Below, piece by piece: positions 59,686 to 64,000 of a stretch of DNA of 64,000 bases (positions are counted from its first letter, which is position 1; each line of letters begins with the position of its first letter). Both the position numbers and the translations under genes were made by a program. The notes below the pieces were generated by a model. The model searched no databases. It was given only the letters and a program-made list of their open reading frames with translations, and had not been told where the DNA came from. This DNA comes from Candidatus Poribacteria bacterium (lineage in GTDB: Bacteria > Poribacteria > WGA-4E > PCPOR2b), in contig OZ240245.1 in NCBI GenBank assembly GCA_965198175.1, positions 416,001-480,000 of the forward strand. The letters run 5' to 3'.

Positions 59686-60350
59686 TCTAATCATCGTAAT
59701 GCTGTAGGTTCGGTTGAACGGCAATTTATGAAAGATTACATGCAGCAGAGAAACTCTACTTAGGTAGGTAACCTACGCGCATGAACGCATACGATAAACT
59801 TCCGATGCACGTCTGTGATAAAATGTGAAAGGTATCCTCTCCGCGCCCCTTCTTTCTGGACATCCTCAAGCAGTGCCGCTACAAGTGAGGTTTTCGTCTT
59901 TTGCCGTCGCCATTGCTTTTTCTCCCTTCCAAAAACAACAGTAAAGTTTCATAGTTAATTTCCTAGTCTCTTCGACGCGAACTACGCTAAGATTAGTGCT
60001 AGACTGAATTCACGCCCTTTTCCGCCTCAATCAAATCCTCACGCTTCATCGGAAAACTATGAAAACTATGAAATTTTCACACAATCACTAATTGAATATT
60101 ACATAACCGATCGCGTTCGTGCAACCTTTTGTTAAGTTGAACCGGCGATAGAGTGCACCACGCGCTGTTTCGGTTGAACCCTGTATCCGCCCGCGTTCCC
60201 TCAGATCTCCGAATTTATCCCAATTTAAACCTAAAGATTCATCTTCTGAAACGGCTCACAAGAATACAACGCGTGTAGGTGTTCTCAGAGACGCAATGGC
60301 TCGCAGTCAGTAGTTAGTGAATTGTAATGAGTTGTTTTTTTTTGAAACAG

Positions 60351-61784
60351 CTACTCATCCGGGGGATTCTCACTGTTTACGCTATACTCGGAGATGTCCG
60401 GCGAGAGTTCCAGTTGTGCGGCGGCTTTTTCCGCGGGAAGCGCTTCAACCGTTTGCAACTTCCGCTCCATCGCCCGTGTTCGGGTCTTAGTCTGACCGAT
60501 TGTGTTGGAGGCTGTGTTCAACTGGCGTTCCACCTTATCCATGACCTCGCCGAACTTGCCGAACTCCGTCTTAACGGCTGCGAGAATCTCCCAAACCTCG
60601 CTAGACCTTTTTTCAATGGCGAGGGTTTGGAAACCCATGCGGAGGCTATTTAGAAGCGCAGCGAGCGTCGTTGGTCCCGCGACGACAATTCGGTATTGAT
60701 TCAGAAGTTCCGTCACTTGGCCCGGTGACCGGAGTGCCTCTGCGTAGAGCCCTTCGGTCGGCATAAACATAATGGCAAAATTCGTTGTTTTTGGCGGAGC
60801 GATGTATTTGTCGTGAATCTTCTTGGCTTCAGCTTGCACCGATCGTCTGAAGGCACGGGACGCTTCTTGCACGGCGGATGCGTCGGAACCGTTGTCGGCG
60901 GCTTCAACCAATTTTTCGTAATCCGCAAGCGGGAACTTAGAATCAATCGGCAGCCACACACAGGAGTCTGGCTCATCGTCTCGTCCGGGGAGGCGAATGG
61001 CGTACTCCACTTCGTCCTGTGAATTCTCTATCGTCCGTACGTTTGTGTCATACTGATCCGGCGTGAGCACCTCTTCGAGGAGTGCGCCAAGCTGAACCTC
61101 GCCCCACGTGCCCCGCGCTTTGACGTTTGTCAAGACGCGCTTGAGATCGCCGACGCCTGTTGCGAGGTTCTGCATCTCCCCGAGGCCGTGTTGCACAGCT
61201 TCAAGACGCTTACTGACGAGATTGAATGATTCGCCGAGCCGTTTTTCCAACGTTGAATGGAGCTGTTCATCAACCGTCTTGCGCATCTGTTCAAGCTTAT
61301 TCTCATTGCTCGTCTGCATGGCTTCAAGCCTATCATGAACGGTTTTCCTGACATTTTCCAATTGGGCATCTTGGGATTTGCCGAGTTCTCCGACGGAATT
61401 TACAAGAGTGTCTGTGGTTTTTTGAAGTTGGTTGGTTACAGTTTCGCGGATACTGTCAAGCCGAGTCTCAGTATTTAGCTGAAAGTCTTGAAAACTTTTC
61501 CCCACCGTGGCTCTCATTTCCTCAGCTTGAGTCGTCAGGAGTTTGCCAAATTCTCCAATGTTACCCATCAGCATTTTGGTGGTGGTTTCATGTCCCTTCC
61601 GCACCTCGTCTCTAATTTCCCGTTCTGACCGAGATACTTCGTTACGGAGTGAACGCATCTCATCTTGAACCGCCTGTTCACCCTTTTCCCTTCCAATATT
61701 CGTCATACGCTTCAACACTAGAAGAACGAGCGCAAGGTTCACGGCTAACAGACCTACAACGACCCAGATAAGCGATTGAATCAT
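60351..61784 (-). CDS. rmuC: DNA recombination protein RmuC
   Basis: N-terminal TM + coiled coil; RGTWGEVQL, IDSKFP, KYIAPP.T..FA.MF.PTEGLYAE, GPTTL. Confidence 0.95.
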   Translation of the reverse strand: MIQSLIWVVVGLLAVNLALVLLVLKRMTNIGREKGEQAVQDEMRSLRNEVSRSEREIRDEVRKGHETTTKMLMGNIGEFGKLLTTQAEEMRATVGKSFQDFQLNTETRLDSIRETVTNQLQKTTDTLVNSVGELGKSQDAQLENVRKTVHDRLEAMQTSNENKLEQMRKTVDEQLHSTLEKRLGESFNLVSKRLEAVQHGLGEMQNLATGVGDLKRVLTNVKARGTWGEVQLGALLEEVLTPDQYDTNVRTIENSQDEVEYAIRLPGRDDEPDSCVWLPIDSKFPLADYEKLVEAADNGSDASAVQEASRAFRRSVQAEAKKIHDKYIAPPKTTNFAIMFMPTEGLYAEALRSPGQVTELLNQYRIVVAGPTTLAALLNSLRMGFQTLAIEKRSSEVWEILAAVKTEFGKFGEVMDKVERQLNTASNTIGQTKTRTRAMERKLQTVEALPAEKAAAQLELSPDISEYSVNSENPPDE

Positions 61785-61825
61785 TCCCCTTTACCTCCAT
61801 TTGTTGATTTTATGCCTTACGCAGT

Positions 61826-62506
61826 TTAACTCAGCTTTCCGATCCAGGTATTGAGAACCCGAGCCATTTCGACGAACACGTCTTCCGCCGTTTTGCGGGA
61901 GCGTTTGAGCACTTTGAAACCGTGGTCGGCGGTATCCAGCAGGTGCAAGGTCGCCTTATCACCGAGGTTTTCACAGACGGGTGATAGCAGGCTGAGCTCC
62001 GCCAACTTATCCCGTGTGCCAGACAGGAACAGCATCGGGACCGTGACATCGACAAGGTGATTGGCGCGTTCAGTCCCCGGTTTGCCAGCGGGGTGCAGAG
62101 GGAATGAGAAAAACACCAGACCGCGTACCCCCTCAAGCGGCGCCTCCGCTGCTGCGAGTGACGACATTCGTCCGCTATAGGAGTGTCCGCCAACGAGAAG
62201 CGATAGTTCGTTCGCGGCCTCACGTGCAGCGGCAACTGCGGAGCGCACGGTTGCCAGCGCAACCGCTTGTGATTCCCGACCTCCACCGCCACGTTCCATG
62301 TAAGGAAACTGGTAGCGAAACGTGGCGATTTTTATGTCTGCCAAGCGTTCTGCGATTGTCTGGAGGGTGGGATGTCTCATAGTTGTGCTTGCGCCGTGTC
62401 CCAGAACCAGCAACCAACTCGAGCCTTCTGGACGAATCAGGAGCGAGGAGACCTCGCCTTTTTCTTGCGTTGCGATGAATTTTGATTCAATCATCTCGTA
62501 ACTCAT
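61826..62506 (-). CDS. Alpha/beta hydrolase (KANL3/Tex30-like)
   Basis: LGHGA, FPYM, GGHSYSGR nucleophile elbow, FPLHP.GK, GTRD, ADHGF. Confidence 0.9.
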   Translation of the reverse strand: MSYEMIESKFIATQEKGEVSSLLIRPEGSSWLLVLGHGASTTMRHPTLQTIAERLADIKIATFRYQFPYMERGGGGRESQAVALATVRSAVAAAREAANELSLLVGGHSYSGRMSSLAAAEAPLEGVRGLVFFSFPLHPAGKPGTERANHLVDVTVPMLFLSGTRDKLAELSLLSPVCENLGDKATLHLLDTADHGFKVLKRSRKTAEDVFVEMARVLNTWIGKLS

Positions 62507-62639
62507 TTTTCACACCTCAGAATCTGTCAATGCAGTGCATTTGTATTTTTCACGGTTTGCCTTGTCGCGTTTTTCATCTGGCGCCGCCGCAAAGATTGGA
62601 CCGGCAATGACGTACTCGCAAACGCCCGGAAAGAGGAAT

Positions 62640-62665
62640 AGGGCACCCACAAGGGGTGCCCCTAC
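62640..62665 (-). repeat. GTAG-family REP element
   Basis: Minus strand GTAGGGGCACCCCTTGTGGGTGCCCT; stem GGGCACCC/GGGTGCCC. Confidence 0.8.
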
Positions 62666-62774
62666 AAGAACGGAGGAGTTGGGGTTCTGGACTATTGAAT
62701 TGGAACAACGAGCGCATTTCCAAGGTAGAAGCAGACAGCACAAATGGCGGATGTGGTGGTGAATGTCAGTCTGA

Positions 62775-62933
62775 AAATGTTCCTTCGATTCCACCCTCTT
62801 ATGCGTTGATTCCTGCGTAGTTGTTTAAACTTTCTCTCACGGTCATCTTCCAATCGAAGAGTTCCCCGTAGAACGCCCGAAGCTTGTCTGCGTCCCAGCC
62901 TCCGATTTCAAAATGAACCACGGGTTGTCCCAT
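62775..62933 (-). pseudogene. VOC/glyoxalase family pseudogene
   Basis: GGAG RBS; MGQPVVHFEIGG.D..KL..FY..LFDW, premature TAA at 62799-62801, in-frame EGGIEG continues, then frame is lost. Confidence 0.75.
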
Positions 62934-63083
62934 AGATGGTTCTCCATATTCAGTAGGTAAGTTAGAAAACTTTTCAGCGCTCACCGGGAGCAGCATAGCA
63001 CAATTTTAGAACAGAACTGTTGTTTTCGTCAAGGCGAAATTGATGGAAGGTTTTGAGCCGTGCGGAGAGACTATCGTGGTCAG

Positions 63084-63118
63084 ACCCCCTCTAACTCCCC
63101 CTTGTCAAGGGGGAGAAT
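63084..63118. repeat. REP/MITE-like element, copy 3 (variant)
   Basis: ACCCCCTCTAACTCCCCCTTGTCAAGGGGGAGAAT; same stem as copies 1 and 2 with a different loop. Confidence 0.8.
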
Positions 63119-63157
63119 ATTCGTATTTCAGCTCCCAAAATTCAAAATGTGCATATG

Positions 63158-63997
63158 CTACTCGTTTTTGACGCCGGTCTGTGCCCCTTTTGTGCGAAGA
63201 TGTCGAATCATTTCCTCGCGTTTGAGATCAAGCGCAAAATCGAGGGACGTCCAGCCCGTATCGGTTTCAGCGTTGATGTCGGCGCCCGCTTCGATCATAA
63301 GGTCGGCTTGCTCTGTAAAACCCGACCATTCCGCGAGGGTGTGCATGGGACGCCAATTTCCCCAAAATTTAGCTTGAGCGTTGACATCAGCACCATTTTG
63401 TATGAGCAATTCGGTAATTCGCACAAAACTATCTTTGGATCCTCGCCGTGTTCGCCCAACCCAATGGAGTGGTGTGAAGCCGTCAACGTCGGTGGTGGTT
63501 GCACAGGAAGGATTGCTTTCAAGCAGATCTTGCACGACGCCTAGCATTCCGAAATGCGATGCGGTAAGAATGTCAATTTCTGCGCCTTTCGCGAGTAGAT
63601 AGTCCATAACGGCTTCGGCTTCTTCACAAGCGCCGTAGATGAGTGATGCACACTGTAGCGGCGTGTAATCGCGAAAATCTCGGGTATTGACGAGATTGGG
63701 GTACTCTTTTAGCATGTGGCGAACTGCGTCAAGCAGACCGGCTCTAGCGGCTGTGAAGATGTCGTATTCAGCGCCGTTTTCGGCTAGATACTGTACGATT
63801 TTTCGATGCTGTGGGCGATGCCAGACCACCTGTGCTGCGGCAATCTGAATCAGGCTGCCTCCCTCGTCTTGTCTCTGCACAACCGCGAGTCGGCTATCTT
63901 CTTCAACGAGCGTTTTTACCGTTGAGAGGTCGCCTTTTCTTACAGCGTTAATCGCTGCGTTCACGCGGGCTTCAAAGGTGTTGTTTCTGTGTGCCAT
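63158..63997 (-). CDS. Ankyrin-repeat protein (may extend beyond window)
   Basis: YTPLQCA, GFTPLHW, GADVNA, GADINA, GWTSLDFA. Confidence 0.9.
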   Translation of the reverse strand: MAHRNNTFEARVNAAINAVRKGDLSTVKTLVEEDSRLAVVQRQDEGGSLIQIAAAQVVWHRPQHRKIVQYLAENGAEYDIFTAARAGLLDAVRHMLKEYPNLVNTRDFRDYTPLQCASLIYGACEEAEAVMDYLLAKGAEIDILTASHFGMLGVVQDLLESNPSCATTTDVDGFTPLHWVGRTRRGSKDSFVRITELLIQNGADVNAQAKFWGNWRPMHTLAEWSGFTEQADLMIEAGADINAETDTGWTSLDFALDLKREEMIRHLRTKGAQTGVKNE

Positions 63998-64000
63998 CAA

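Noticed and set aside
59755..59915. Minus-strand mini-ORF (MATAK...) that with a frameshift reads LVAALLEDVQKEGARRGYLS
   Set aside because: Too short and needs an assumed frameshift; resemblance to sigma70 region 1.1 is not convincing
62510..62794. 94-aa ORF
   Set aside because: Runs through a REP element (VGAPLVGAL) and VOC pseudogene debris; likely spurious

Overview
Bacterial chromosomal window, most likely Candidatus Poribacteria or a relative. This is inferred from tandem LamG and PhyH expansions, a recurring C-terminal 'V-x-[PA]-A-x-K-x3-S-W-G-x-[IL]-K' tail on exported proteins and an ankyrin protein. From left to right: (1) a probable sphingolipid/ceramide pair (Spt-like AONS-family enzyme plus YghO/bCerS-like GNAT); (2) a beta-propeller/Y_Y_Y/SpoIIE sensor phosphatase divergent from a multi-domain glycosidase; (3) tpiA-secG and an orphan Fe3+-type ABC permease; (4) an ORFan cluster with a lytic-transglycosylase-like protein and an odd asymmetric ~540-bp tandem duplication; (5) three successive paralog arrays (3 TolB/PD40 propellers, 4 LamG, 4 PhyH dioxygenases), where dead phyH 5' fragments record the duplication breakpoints; (6) an ApnL-like lactonase and dehydrogenase, sigma54-type amtB-glnK, M16 peptidase and housekeeping genes; (7) a ~12.4-kb minus-strand defence island (46.6-58.9 kb) with a PLD-SNF2 helicase, a frameshifted Eco57I-like methyltransferase, type II Thoeris (TIR ThsB + TM-macro ThsA), a TIGR02391/Ymh protein, an NDT/TIR-like protein with a small basic partner, and an ABC-ATPase + PIN-like pair; (8) a 1.4-kb non-coding region with an orphan CIRCE-like operator and promoters, then rmuC, a hydrolase, a VOC pseudogene and an ankyrin protein. 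No rRNA, tRNA, CRISPR array or transposase/integrase was recognised. All calls come from reading motifs by eye; no database searches were run.
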